In this document: one piece after another, positions 1 to 9,693 of the stretch
Position numbering within the stretch: the stretch's first letter is position 1
Layout: every line of letters begins with the position of its first letter
Assembly (NCBI GenBank): GCA_963785725.1
Contig: CAWAWS010000003.1
Location: 256,001-320,000, forward strand
DNA: 64,000 nucleotides
Source: an uncultured delta proteobacterium
Lineage (GTDB): Bacteria > Myxococcota_A > Polyangia > Palsa-1104
Reading direction: 5' to 3'
The notes under the pieces: model-generated
Seen by the model: only the letters and a program-made list of their open reading frames with translations
Database searches by the model: none
What the model was told of the DNA's origin: nothing
Translations under genes and position numbers: made by a program

Positions 1-1134
1 CAGCTTCGTCATCATGCCCGCCGACATATAATGATGACGCAAGTTGAGATGCTGCAGCTTGCGGACGTGCGGGCTCGCCAAGAGCGCCTCGGCGCCGGCG
101 TCCGACAGCGTGCCCATCGACAGATCGAGCGACTTGACGCGCGCGAGCAGCGGCGACTTGGCGAGGGCGACGGCGATGTCGTCCTGAATCAGCGAGTCTT
201 GCAGGCCGAGATGCTCGAGCGCGGGAAACTTGTCGCCGGCCAAGAGCGGCGCCAGATCGTCGGCCGTGCAATCGCCGCCATAGTTCTCGTCGCCGAGCCA
301 GAGCACCAGCGTCCGCAGCTTGGGCAGCTTGGCCGCGATGACGTCGGCCACGGTCTTGGCCGACAAGCCGCCCGTCTGCAGCGTCAGCGACGTCAAATTC
401 GCGCTCGCCAGCTTCGTCAGCCGCAGATCTTCGCCGCCGCGAATGACGAGCTCCTCGAGCTGCGGCATTGCCCGCACCAGCGCGCCGCAGTCGGACTGCT
501 GAATCCAGGAGATCTCCTGCTCTTCTTGCACGACGTCGCCGAAGAACAGGCCCTTGAGCGCCTGAAGCGTGCCGCCCTGCTTCGCCAAGAGCGCGACCAC
601 GTCATCCGACGGCTCGGGCGAATCGCCGAACCAGTTGCCGATGACGAGCCCGCGCAGCTCGGCCGCCTTCGGATCTTTGAACAGCGCGTCCATGCGATCG
701 TTGAAGATCGAAGCCTCTTCTTCGTAATCGAGCCGCACCGCGAAGACGTACTTGTCGAGCTCGCGCAGCGCCGGGAATTTGCGGCGACCGCCTTGGCTCG
801 CGCTCTCTTCGTCGGCGGCGTCGGGCGCGAAGTCGACCACTTTGTAGTTCATGAAGCGGTCGAGATGCTCGTGCGTGCCGATGTGCACGGGCGGACGAAA
901 CGCCGGCGGCTCCGACGAACCGGGCTCGATGTAGCCCTTCTTCGTCTTCTCGCGAATGAGCTTGGCGACGTCGGCCGCGGCCTCTTCGGCGCTGGCGGTC
1001 TCGGTCGTCTTGGAGACGCCGCTCGAGCCGATGCGGCCGTAGGTGACCGTGTAGGAAGCGCCGTCGAGGGCGATCTCCCAGAACTTGCTCGAGCTGCCTT
1101 CGACGAGCTCGAAGCGACGCTTGTTTGCGCTCAT
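1..1134 (-). CDS. WGR domain + STM4015-family leucine-rich-repeat protein (3' end runs off window)
   Basis: Not in the ORF track; translated by hand from ATG at 1134: MSANKRRFELVEGSSSKFWEI...VTYGRIGSSG...KTKKGY (WGR), then LVIGNW, LFFGDVVQEEQEISWIQQSD, LVLWLGDENYGG, LDLSMGTLSDAGA (STM4015-like LRR). Frame open to position 1. Confidence 0.85.
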   Translation of the reverse strand, partial: MSANKRRFELVEGSSSKFWEIALDGASYTVTYGRIGSSGVSKTTETASAEEAAADVAKLIREKTKKGYIEPGSSEPPAFRPPVHIGTHEHLDRFMNYKVVDFAPDAADEESASQGGRRKFPALRELDKYVFAVRLDYEEEASIFNDRMDALFKDPKAAELRGLVIGNWFGDSPEPSDDVVALLAKQGGTLQALKGLFFGDVVQEEQEISWIQQSDCGALVRAMPQLEELVIRGGEDLRLTKLASANLTSLTLQTGGLSAKTVADVIAAKLPKLRTLVLWLGDENYGGDCTADDLAPLLAGDKFPALEHLGLQDSLIQDDIAVALAKSPLLARVKSLDLSMGTLSDAGAEALLASPHVRKLQHLNLRHHYMSAGMMTKL

Positions 1135-1169
1135 TGGGGCAAAAGTGTCGGCGCGCCGGCCGGCCGCTG

Positions 1170-2423
1170 TCAACCGCGCGGCTTGCCCGTCGTGATCGGC
1201 ACGCCCGCGGCATCGACGGGGTTTTCGGCGTCGGCGCGGCGAATCTCGTTGGCGACTTCGACGGCGACGGCGGCGGCCGCTTCGGGCGCGGCGCCGGCGG
1301 TCAGCTCCTCGTAGACCTTCTCGGCGCGCGCGTCGCGGGCGCGCAAGGCGCTGTCGTCGGTGTCGTCGCCGGGCAGCTCGACGCGCAGCTCCTCGATGAT
1401 CATGCGTAGGCCGGCGGCGACCGGCAGCGCCAGCAGCGCGCCCAAGATGCCGAGCAGCTTGCCGCCGACGAGCAGCGCCAGGATGACCGCCGTCGGCGAC
1501 AGGCGCAGCGCGCGACCGTAGACGCGCGGCACCAAGACGCGACTCTCGAACTGCTGATAGGTCATCATGGCGAAGAAGACGACCGCCGCCATGCCGACAC
1601 CGCGCGACAGCGCCGCCAACACCGCCGGCGCCGTCGCCAAGAAGCCGCCGATGAAGGGGATGACGTCGGTGAAGCCGGCGAACACGGCCAGCGCCAAGGC
1701 GTTCGGCAGCCGCAGCGCCTCCATGAGCACGAAGACGAAGACGGCGATGGCGGCCGACGTGATCAGCTGACCGCGCATGTAGCCGCCGACGATCGTCTCC
1801 AAGTTGAGCGTGATGCGCGCCAGCCGCACGTGAAAGCGGCGCGGCACCCAAGCGTAGACGGCGCCGCGCGCGTGATCGCGGCCGGCGGTCAGATAGATGG
1901 AGAGGACGATGGCCGTGAAGCAGTAGCCGACGACCTCGACGATGCTCGACGACAGGGCGAGCGTGTCCTCGGCGCTGCCGCGCAGGAGCACTTGGTCGAC
2001 GCGAAACGCGCGCACCGTCGGCGCCAGCGAGCGCGTGATGCGGCTGCGCTCGAGGACGGCGGCCATGCGTCCTTGCAGCTGCGGCGCGTGCGTGACGATC
2101 TCGACGAGCTCGCGCCCCATCGCCGGGATGGTCAGCGCCGCCAGCACCGCCGAGACCGCGACCATGCTCACGAACACGACGGCCAGCGCGCCGTTGCGCG
2201 AGAAGCGGCGCCGCTCGAGCGCCGCGACGGCCGGGCCCAGCGTGCCGACGATGACGAGCGTGACGACGAGCATGATGAGGATCGGCCACAGCCGCACCAG
2301 CAGATAGATGACGCCCGCGAAGACGCAGATCTTGAAGAGCGCGGCGCTCGACAGGTCGTGGATGATCTTGCCGCTGCCGGTGGAACCGTCGTTGCGCTCA
2401 CTCACGCGACTAGAGTACGGCAT
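1170..2423 (-). CDS. AI-2E family transporter
   Basis: Multi-TM protein with GGYMRGQLI, IPFIGGFLA, YQQFESRVLVPRVYGRALRLSP and GILGALLALPVAA. True start is ATG 2423 or GTG 2405, not 3050. Confidence 0.9.
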   Translation of the reverse strand: MPYSSRVSERNDGSTGSGKIIHDLSSAALFKICVFAGVIYLLVRLWPILIMLVVTLVIVGTLGPAVAALERRRFSRNGALAVVFVSMVAVSAVLAALTIPAMGRELVEIVTHAPQLQGRMAAVLERSRITRSLAPTVRAFRVDQVLLRGSAEDTLALSSSIVEVVGYCFTAIVLSIYLTAGRDHARGAVYAWVPRRFHVRLARITLNLETIVGGYMRGQLITSAAIAVFVFVLMEALRLPNALALAVFAGFTDVIPFIGGFLATAPAVLAALSRGVGMAAVVFFAMMTYQQFESRVLVPRVYGRALRLSPTAVILALLVGGKLLGILGALLALPVAAGLRMIIEELRVELPGDDTDDSALRARDARAEKVYEELTAGAAPEAAAAVAVEVANEIRRADAENPVDAAGVPITTGKPRG

Positions 2424-2516
2424 TCCGCGACATTGCCGTGGGACTGACGACAGGCCGCGCTTTTTGCGCCCGCGCGCGAGTCGCTGCCGGACGACGGTTC
2501 GTGCGACAATGAGGCG

Positions 2517-2978
2517 ATGCGTCATTACGCACTCGTCCTCGCGCTGACGTCGCTGTCGAGCGGGCGTGCCATGGCCAGGGACGAAAATCGGCCGCGCGCG
2601 CAGAACCAGATCCACCACATCAAATCGATCGTCGTGCATGCGCCGAAGTCGAAGCCCGATGGACAGCCGTGGGACCCGCGCGGGCCGGACGAGCTGCCGG
2701 ATCTGTACGTGCAGATCGCGCGCGGCGGCTCGCGGGTGGCGACGACCGACGTCCGGCGCAACAGCTTGGACGCCACCTTTCGGCTCGACTTCGCGGCCGA
2801 TCCGAAAGATGGGCCGCTCGTGCTGACGATTTGGGACAAAGATCCGGTGAAAGACGAGCTCATCGGCAGAGTAGCCATTGACTTCGAACGGCAACCGGAG
2901 GGTGGCACGCGCGTCTTTTCGTTCGCGGACGGCACGGGGTCGATGACGCTGATCGACAATCCGACCGGTCGAAAATAA
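2517..2978 (+). CDS. Secreted C2-domain-like protein
   Basis: Signal peptide; WD...PDLYVQI...TDVRRNSL...LVLTIWDKDPVKDELIG matches C2 beta-sandwich Ca2+-loop motifs. Confidence 0.7.
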   Translation: MRHYALVLALTSLSSGRAMARDENRPRAQNQIHHIKSIVVHAPKSKPDGQPWDPRGPDELPDLYVQIARGGSRVATTDVRRNSLDATFRLDFAADPKDGPLVLTIWDKDPVKDELIGRVAIDFERQPEGGTRVFSFADGTGSMTLIDNPTGRK

Positions 2979-3193
2979 ATGGCGACCCGGGCTCGGCTCG
3001 GCGGCCGGCGACGCGCGGCGGGCCGAGCCGAAATGCGGACTTACCATCACTATTCGGCGATTGCGCGCGCGCGGCGACAGGTGTGGTCAGGTAGTTGCCG
3101 ATTACCGTCGGTGAAGGCGGGCCCACGCGCTCCGCTTCGTGTATGATTTGCTCGCAAGCGACACTGCATTCGACCGCTCGGTGAGATGAGGCC

Positions 3194-4789
3194 ATGGACG
3201 ATTTCCTGCTCGCACGTGTCATCGACGGGCGCTACCTGATCCGTCGCCGACTCGGCCGCGGCAGCGCCGGTTCCGTCTTCGAAGGGGAGCATCTGCAGAC
3301 CAAGCGGCGCGTCGCCGTCAAGGTGCTGCATCACGCGTTGGCGGCGTCGGCGGAGTATCGCATTCGCTTCGAGCGCGAGGCGCAGTCGGCGAGCCGGCTG
3401 TCGCATCCGGCCTGCGTGTCGGTGCTCGACTTCGGGCGCATCGCCAAGATCGAGCCCGCCGGCGGCGCCGACGAGCTGCTCGGCGTGCCCTACCTCGTCA
3501 TGGAGTTCGTGCGCGGCGAGCTCCTGATGGATCGCATCGCCAAAGGGCCGCTGGCGGCGCCCGACGCGCTGCTGATCACGCGCGGCGTCATCTCCGGGCT
3601 GCGCCACGCGCACGGGCTCGGTATCGTGCATCGCGACGTCAAGCCCGAGAACATCATGCTCGCGGCCGTCGGTGACGCGACGCCGCTCGTGAAGCTGCTC
3701 GACTTCGGCCTGGCCAAGGACATGGCGCCCGACGAGCTCGGCGAAAAAGAGGCGCACGGCGAGCAAGGGCTCATCTTCGGCTCGCCCGGCTATCTCAGCC
3801 CCGAGCAGGCCGCCGGTTACGCGGCCGACGCGCGCTCCGACCTGTATTCGCTCGGCGTCGTGATGTTCGAGATGGTGTCGGGGCGGCCGCCGTTCGTGCG
3901 CGCGCAGCTGGCCGACGTCGTGCGCGATCACATCCTGACGCCGCCGCCGTCGCCGCGCGAGCTCGTGCCGTCGCTGTCGCCGCAGCTCGAGGACGTGATC
4001 TTGACGCTGCTCGAGAAGGAGCCGGAGCGGCGTTTTCAGACGGCGGACGAGCTGCAGACGGCGTTGAACTTCTGTCCCGAGTGGGAAGGCTCGGGCGCGG
4101 CCGATCCGGCGTGGTCGTCGCGGATTCGGCTCGTCGACCAGGCGACGGCGATGAAGACGCCGCCACCCGATCCGCCGGCGCCGCCGCCGGTCGCGGCGAC
4201 CGCGCCCACGCAGCCGCTGCCGCCGGCGCAGTCGCCGCAGTCATTCGTACCGCCGCGGCCGCAGAATGTGCTCTCGCCGTCGGTGGAGCTGGCGGTGAAC
4301 AACCTGCGGCCGACGTTCTGGCGCAACCTGACGCTGTTCGCGGTCGTGGTGGCGATCGGCGCCGGCATCGGCTTGTCGCGCCATCGCTGGAAGCCGGCGC
4401 TGCAGTCGGTGGCGGTCGGCGGCGTTGCCGTGCCGGCGCCGGTGGCCGAAGGCAGCAAGCTGTCGCCGGCCGGTCGCCGTCACCTCGACGTGGCGCTGGA
4501 TTTCAGCCGCAAATTCTGGTGCTCGGCGGCGATCGACGAGCTGGAGACGGGCATGCACGAGGTGCCCGAGCTGCGCGGCGATCCGCAGCTGACGCGCATG
4601 ATGATCCCCTGTTTGCGCGCCAAGACGCAGGACAAGACGCTCGAATTCCTCGTCACCGTCGTCGGGCGCGACGCCAAGCCGGAGCTGCAGTCGGCGCTGA
4701 CGGAGGACTTGAAGCCCGACGTCCGCGACGGCGTGCAGCGCGCGCTGGCGCGCATTGCCAGCCGCGCCGACGCCACCAAAGCGCGCTGA
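3194..4789 (+). CDS. Membrane-anchored Ser/Thr protein kinase (Hanks type)
   Basis: LGRGSAGSVF, VAVKVL, HRDVKPEN, DFGLAK, GSPGYLSPEQ, DLYSLG; Pro-rich linker and one TM helix. Confidence 0.95.
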   Translation: MDDFLLARVIDGRYLIRRRLGRGSAGSVFEGEHLQTKRRVAVKVLHHALAASAEYRIRFEREAQSASRLSHPACVSVLDFGRIAKIEPAGGADELLGVPYLVMEFVRGELLMDRIAKGPLAAPDALLITRGVISGLRHAHGLGIVHRDVKPENIMLAAVGDATPLVKLLDFGLAKDMAPDELGEKEAHGEQGLIFGSPGYLSPEQAAGYAADARSDLYSLGVVMFEMVSGRPPFVRAQLADVVRDHILTPPPSPRELVPSLSPQLEDVILTLLEKEPERRFQTADELQTALNFCPEWEGSGAADPAWSSRIRLVDQATAMKTPPPDPPAPPPVAATAPTQPLPPAQSPQSFVPPRPQNVLSPSVELAVNNLRPTFWRNLTLFAVVVAIGAGIGLSRHRWKPALQSVAVGGVAVPAPVAEGSKLSPAGRRHLDVALDFSRKFWCSAAIDELETGMHEVPELRGDPQLTRMMIPCLRAKTQDKTLEFLVTVVGRDAKPELQSALTEDLKPDVRDGVQRALARIASRADATKAR

Positions 4790-4848
4790 GGTCGTAAGCC
4801 AGACGTTCATCGTCGTGAATGACAACGGCTCGGGCGGGAGGTGACGGC

Positions 4849-5679
4849 GTGGCGGACAGCAAGCTTCCCGACGAGATTTCGGGCTGGCGCGGACAGACGA
4901 TCCTAGGCGCCCGCAGTCGCGGCGGAACGTTCGCTGCGCGCGATTGGCGCGACCTGGTGCTCGACCCCGCCGGCGCCATCGAGACCAAGGCAGCGGAGAT
5001 CGCCGGAAGCGCCGCCCGCTGGTTCTCGCCGGCGGCGCTCGCTTCGTTGAGCGCGGCCGACGGTCATTACAGCTACGTCCAGTCGATCAACAGCGAAGAC
5101 ACGGTGACCTGGGCGGCGTTCGGACCGCGGGCATCTTCGCGAGCCATCGGCGAGATCGTGAATCTCGCGTTCGGCCTGGAGCCGCGTCCCGCGGAATGGG
5201 AGCGTCTGTATTGGCAGCGCTGGCCTCATCCACACACTCGGCGCACGACGAACGGACCGGAGCCGGACGTGACGCTGCGTGCGCACGACGACGGCTGGGG
5301 CTACGTCGTCGAGGCGAAATGGGCCGCCCAGCTCGACAAATCGCAGGGAAAAGGCGGCGGCCTGACGCAGCTCGAAATGCGCACGCACGTCGCGCGCACG
5401 CTCACCGCCGACGCGCGCAAGCGGGGCGTCCTCGTCATCGTGCCCAGCCCGGCGCGCTATCCCCACGCACGGCGGGGAACGTTCGCCGAGTATTTCGCGG
5501 TCGACGAGGACCGCTATGTTCCGCGGGACCTCGCGCGCGCCCAAGAAGCGCGGGCGCTGACGTGGGAGCAGATCGTCGACGTGCTCGCGCGCACCGACGG
5601 TCGAAGCGAGCTCACCGACTATCTCGCCTGGCGCCTCGAGTGGCTGCCGAGCCGAACGACGCGCGCCCGCCGCCGTTGA
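4849..5679 (+). CDS. Hypothetical protein with PD-(D/E)XK nuclease-like motifs
   Basis: NSEDTVTW...EPDVTL...YVVEAKW...TQL; GGAGG 7 nt before GTG 4849. Confidence 0.55.
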   Translation: MADSKLPDEISGWRGQTILGARSRGGTFAARDWRDLVLDPAGAIETKAAEIAGSAARWFSPAALASLSAADGHYSYVQSINSEDTVTWAAFGPRASSRAIGEIVNLAFGLEPRPAEWERLYWQRWPHPHTRRTTNGPEPDVTLRAHDDGWGYVVEAKWAAQLDKSQGKGGGLTQLEMRTHVARTLTADARKRGVLVIVPSPARYPHARRGTFAEYFAVDEDRYVPRDLARAQEARALTWEQIVDVLARTDGRSELTDYLAWRLEWLPSRTTRARRR

Positions 5680-5727
5680 GGGACGACGACGATCAGTCGT
5701 GATGCCGCCGGCGGAGCGCCATCGACT

Positions 5728-5755
5728 CGAGATAGTTCAATATTGAACTATCTCG
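5728..5755. repeat. Perfect 28-bp AT-rich palindrome between convergent genes
   Basis: CGAGATAGTTCAATATTGAACTATCTCG equals its own reverse complement. Confidence 0.9.
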
Positions 5756-5758
5756 CGC

Positions 5759-6316
5759 TCACCACTGCAGATTGAAGCGCGCCTTTTGCGTGCTCAAGCG
5801 ATCGGGCTGACCGACGACGCCCTTGACGCTGCAGGTCTCGAACAGCGCCTGAAACGTCGGCATCTGGCTCACGAAGACGCACATTGGAATGGGATATTCG
5901 GGCAAGAACTCCACCTCCATCACGCCCGAGCGCTCGCTCTTCGCGATGTACTTGAAGTCGACGCCGCGGATGAAGCTGCCGACGAGCGAGTTCATGCGCT
6001 TGAACAGCGTCGCCGGCGAGGTGCCGAACAGCTTGAGCACCGTCTCGACGACGCCCATGTATGGTTTGCGCGCGTCGTTCGTGCCTTTGCGCGCCAGCTC
6101 GCGCACGGCCGCCATGCCGCCGATCGCCTCCATCGCCTCGCTGATGTGCAGCATGGCGAGGAAGTCCATCCAGCTGCCGGCGAGCGGCGGGTCGGCGATG
6201 AGCGCGGCCGTCGCCGGCGGCACGCGCGCGACGACGGCGGCGAGCTGATTGTCTTTGGCGAGCACGGCGAGATACGAGCGGAACGTCATGGCCTTCAACT
6301 GGATGCCTGAGCTCAT
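5759..6316 (-). CDS. Myxobacterial DUF2378/TIGR02265-like protein
   Basis: 185 aa; PPLAGSWMDF, GGMAAVRELAR, SPATLFKRM, ARFNLQW pattern; AGGAG RBS. Confidence 0.55.
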   Translation of the reverse strand: MSSGIQLKAMTFRSYLAVLAKDNQLAAVVARVPPATAALIADPPLAGSWMDFLAMLHISEAMEAIGGMAAVRELARKGTNDARKPYMGVVETVLKLFGTSPATLFKRMNSLVGSFIRGVDFKYIAKSERSGVMEVEFLPEYPIPMCVFVSQMPTFQALFETCSVKGVVGQPDRLSTQKARFNLQW

Positions 6317-6648
6317 TCACTCCTCGGCGACGCGCGACTTCATACGGCATCTAGTTTAGCCGACTCTCGTGAGAATGTTACGGCGCGATGAGCGAGCGTA
6401 TCGGTCGTATCTTTCGCGCAATATCGATATGTCGCGGGAATGGGTACGGATATGTCGCGGCAATCGGTGCCGGCGAAACGGCCGGGGTTGCGGCGACTAT
6501 CGACGGCCACGGTGCGGCGAAGTCGCGCCGCGCGCCGCCTCGACGACGGGTGCGGAAATTATCGCGCTGTTGCGGCATACTGCCGGCGCGGCTTCGCAGC
6601 CATGAGCGGCTTCGCTCGGGCCCAACGTGTGATGAGGAGAATATCGAG

Positions 6649-6996
6649 ATGACGAAACATTCGTCGAGCCATTTGACCGAGGCCGACCGGGAGCGACTGC
6701 GGAAGGCGCTGACGCGCAAGCGCGACACGCTCGTCGCGGCCGAGAAGAGCAACGAGCCTGGGCGGCGCGGGCTGAACGAGCTCGAGCCCGAAGACGGCGA
6801 TCTGGCCGAGCAGGTCATCGAGCAGGACTCGGCGCTGCTCGTCGGCCAGCACGACGACGCGCTGCTCGCCGACGTCGACCGCGCGCTGGCCAAGCTCGAC
6901 GCGGGCACGTACGGCACGAGCGAGAAGACGGGCGCGCCGATTCCGCTGGCGCGACTGGAAGCGATTCCGTGGGCGCGTAATAACGTCGGCGAATAG
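6649..6996 (+). CDS. TraR/DksA-family regulator lacking all Zn-finger cysteines
   Basis: Coiled coil with EDGDLA tip; ALAKLDAGTYGTSEKTGAPIPLARLEAIPWA; GAGGAG RBS. Confidence 0.85.
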   Translation: MTKHSSSHLTEADRERLRKALTRKRDTLVAAEKSNEPGRRGLNELEPEDGDLAEQVIEQDSALLVGQHDDALLADVDRALAKLDAGTYGTSEKTGAPIPLARLEAIPWARNNVGE

Positions 6997-7091
6997 GCCG
7001 ACTGGGATCGGCGTCCGGGCCGATCGTCGCGACGTGCGATCCACGTCGCTCCGTCCTTTCTAACGCGCGATTCCCAACGTGAGCGTACGAA

Positions 7092-8489
7092 TCAGCCGCC
7101 CGCCGCCGGGGTCATGACGAGCGTCTTGCCGGCGCAGCTCGTCGCGACCTGGCTGCCGGTCCGCGTCGCCTTCACCGCCAGCCCATCGCACGTCACCGCG
7201 ACCTCGCCGGTATAAACCGCCGTCGGCGCCGCCAGCAGCTGCGTCCCCGCCGTGCCCTGCATTTGTACCGTCAGCGTAAGAGTCGGCGGATCGAACGTGA
7301 ACGACTGCAGCTGGCCGGCGATCGCCTGCGGATACGCGCGCGCCACCAAGCTGACGGCGGCCGCGCGCAGCGTGCGCGTAAACGCCACTTGCCCGCTCGC
7401 GTCCGTCGTCGGCGCCTCGTCATATAAACCCCAGCAGGACGGATTGCCGCACGTCGACGGCCACTCTTCATATAGCCATAATGACGCCGATAACGCGTGC
7501 ATATCGAGGCTCGTATAAGCCGCGGTCAACCAGGCGGCGCCGACCGGGTCGGCCGGATCATTCCCGAATTCGGTCACCATGACCGCGGCGTCGGCTTCCT
7601 GCGCCTCGCCGACGATACCGCTGACGCTCTCTTCGATCCGCGAGTCCTGTCCGACCATCCAATTGCCCTGAAATACGCCGGTATATAAATGCGGCGAATA
7701 GACCGTATCGTGAACGGTCAGCGGATCGGGATTGGCGAAGTCGATGACATTGCGCAACGCATCGGGCTCGAAATAGATCGGCAATTCCGGCGCCGCCGCG
7801 CGCACGGCCGGCGCCACCACACCGTAGAATGTCGCCAACTGCGCCTGCGTCGCCAAGGGCTCGTTCATGAGCTCGAGGCCGATGATTCCCGGCTGACGCT
7901 CGATGAGCCGCGCCAATTCCCCCGCCATATTCGCGTAGTCCTGCGTCAGCGTCGCGTCGGAGACGAAGCCGTTGAAGGCCGCTTGCACGGCGGCGCTCGT
8001 CGACGCTTGATTGCCGGCGCGCTCGTCGGCGTCGACCGCCGGCAGCGCGGGAGCGTGCGCCCAGAACGGCGCACCGTCGGCGCCGATATATTTGGACCAC
8101 GCGTCCTGATGTAAATCGACGAATGTATAGACGCCCTGTCGATAACAATCGGCCGCGAGCTGCAGGACCATTTCCACGTAAGCGCCATCGATATTGCCGC
8201 GCGTCGGCTCGAGCAAGCTCCAATTGATGGGCAATCGCAAGGCGTTCATGCCGAAGTCTTGACCGACGACGCGGCAATCGTCGGCCGTGAACGGCGGCAG
8301 CGGCAACGACGCGTGATAAGGATCGAAGAAGCCGGCGGCGCGAATATTGACGCCGCGCAAGACGACGGCGCGCCCCGATTGATCGACGAGCTGCGTGCCG
8401 TTGGAATAGACCGGCGCGCGATGATGCGACGCGCTACAGCCGATATTCGATAACAACGAAACCGATAACGACATAAGCCATAATCGCAT
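7092..8489 (-). CDS. GH5 endoglycoceramidase-like glycoside hydrolase (lipoprotein) with C-terminal beta domain
   Basis: VVLRGVN, DLHQD, LMNEP (acid/base), YSPHLY, VTEFG (nucleophile), RAYPQAIAG. Confidence 0.88.
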   Translation of the reverse strand: MRLWLMSLSVSLLSNIGCSASHHRAPVYSNGTQLVDQSGRAVVLRGVNIRAAGFFDPYHASLPLPPFTADDCRVVGQDFGMNALRLPINWSLLEPTRGNIDGAYVEMVLQLAADCYRQGVYTFVDLHQDAWSKYIGADGAPFWAHAPALPAVDADERAGNQASTSAAVQAAFNGFVSDATLTQDYANMAGELARLIERQPGIIGLELMNEPLATQAQLATFYGVVAPAVRAAAPELPIYFEPDALRNVIDFANPDPLTVHDTVYSPHLYTGVFQGNWMVGQDSRIEESVSGIVGEAQEADAAVMVTEFGNDPADPVGAAWLTAAYTSLDMHALSASLWLYEEWPSTCGNPSCWGLYDEAPTTDASGQVAFTRTLRAAAVSLVARAYPQAIAGQLQSFTFDPPTLTLTVQMQGTAGTQLLAAPTAVYTGEVAVTCDGLAVKATRTGSQVATSCAGKTLVMTPAAGG

Positions 8490-8503
8490 TGATTATTCCT
8501 TCA

Positions 8504-9463
8504 TCAGCCGGCGTCCCAATATCCGATTTCGGGCGCGTCAGCGGGTGTGGCGCGCGCGTGTTTCTTCAGCGCGTCGACGAAGAAGCGCACCTTCGTCGGC
8601 GTAAACGGCGACGGCGCATGGAGCACATAGACCGCTCGCTGCACGCGCGGGAAAGCGTCGAGGACCCGCACCAATCGCCCTTCGGACAGGTCCGGCTCGA
8701 CGAGATAGCGCGGCAGCTCGGCGATTCCAACGCCGGCCAGCGCCGCCGCGCGAATCGACAGCGCGTTACTGAGCTGCAGCTTACCGTCGACCGCCAAATA
8801 GCCGCGCGTCGAATCGCCCGACTTCGACTTGAACCGCCAAGGCATCGTTCGACCATTGACGCGACACGGTAAACATTCGTGACGCGTCAGCTCGGCCGGG
8901 CTCTTGGGAATTCCCTTACGCGCTAGATATTCGGGGCTCGCGCAGAGATAGCGCACATCCTCGTCCAGCTTGCGCGCCACCATTTCATCGGGCGGATTGG
9001 GCGCGGTCCTGACCGCGATATCGATCTGCTCTTTGATGAGATCGACGACTTGATCGGTCATATCGAATAGAACGCGCACGCGCGGATATTGCCGCTGAAA
9101 CGCCAATACGACCGGTAAGACGCGCAAATGGCCGAGCACGACCGGCGCCGTAATACGCAGTGTCCCTTTGGGCTCGGGATCGTTTTGCTGCAGCTCGAGC
9201 TCGCTGGCGTCGAGCTCTTCGAGGACGCGGCGCGCGCGCTCGCAATAGAGAATGCCGATCTCGGTCAGCTGCACGCGCCGCGTCGTGCGATGGACGAGCC
9301 GCGTCTTGAGGCGCTCCTCCATGCGCGACACCAGCTTGCTCACCGCCGACGCCGTCAACCCCAAATCCTTCGCCGCCGCGGCAAACGACGAGCACTCGGC
9401 GATGGCAATGAGCGCCATCATCCCGCGCACGGTCTCGGGAGCGACCGCGAGGTTCCGCTTCAT
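8504..9463 (-). CDS. LysR-family regulator (CrgA-like)
   Basis: SFAAAAKDLGLTASAVSKLVSRMEERL...RTTRRVQLTEIG; DLIKEQIDIAVR. Confidence 0.95.
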   Translation of the reverse strand: MKRNLAVAPETVRGMMALIAIAECSSFAAAAKDLGLTASAVSKLVSRMEERLKTRLVHRTTRRVQLTEIGILYCERARRVLEELDASELELQQNDPEPKGTLRITAPVVLGHLRVLPVVLAFQRQYPRVRVLFDMTDQVVDLIKEQIDIAVRTAPNPPDEMVARKLDEDVRYLCASPEYLARKGIPKSPAELTRHECLPCRVNGRTMPWRFKSKSGDSTRGYLAVDGKLQLSNALSIRAAALAGVGIAELPRYLVEPDLSEGRLVRVLDAFPRVQRAVYVLHAPSPFTPTKVRFFVDALKKHARATPADAPEIGYWDAG

Positions 9464-9693
9464 ACGGTCACATTATCGCGAAAGCGACGCGGCGTCCTAG
9501 CGTGCCTGCGTAATCCGCCGGCGGAATCGCGCGGCGATTGAGCCGGCCGACGAGTGCCGGGCGATTGGCGCGCGGCGACTGAGGCGCGATTGCTGACTGC
9601 CGTTCATCACAGTCGCGAACCGTCGCCGGATTATCAAGTCGTCGCCGGCGATACACGATGTTTCTTACCTCGCAGCGCCAGGAGACTCGGCAA

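Noticed and set aside
31..1314. 427-aa plus-strand ORF and other long shadow ORFs (e.g. 17127-18812, 23044-24564, 39789-42284, 59490-60878)
   Set aside because: Antisense or off-frame shadows of motif-bearing genes, expected in high-GC DNA.
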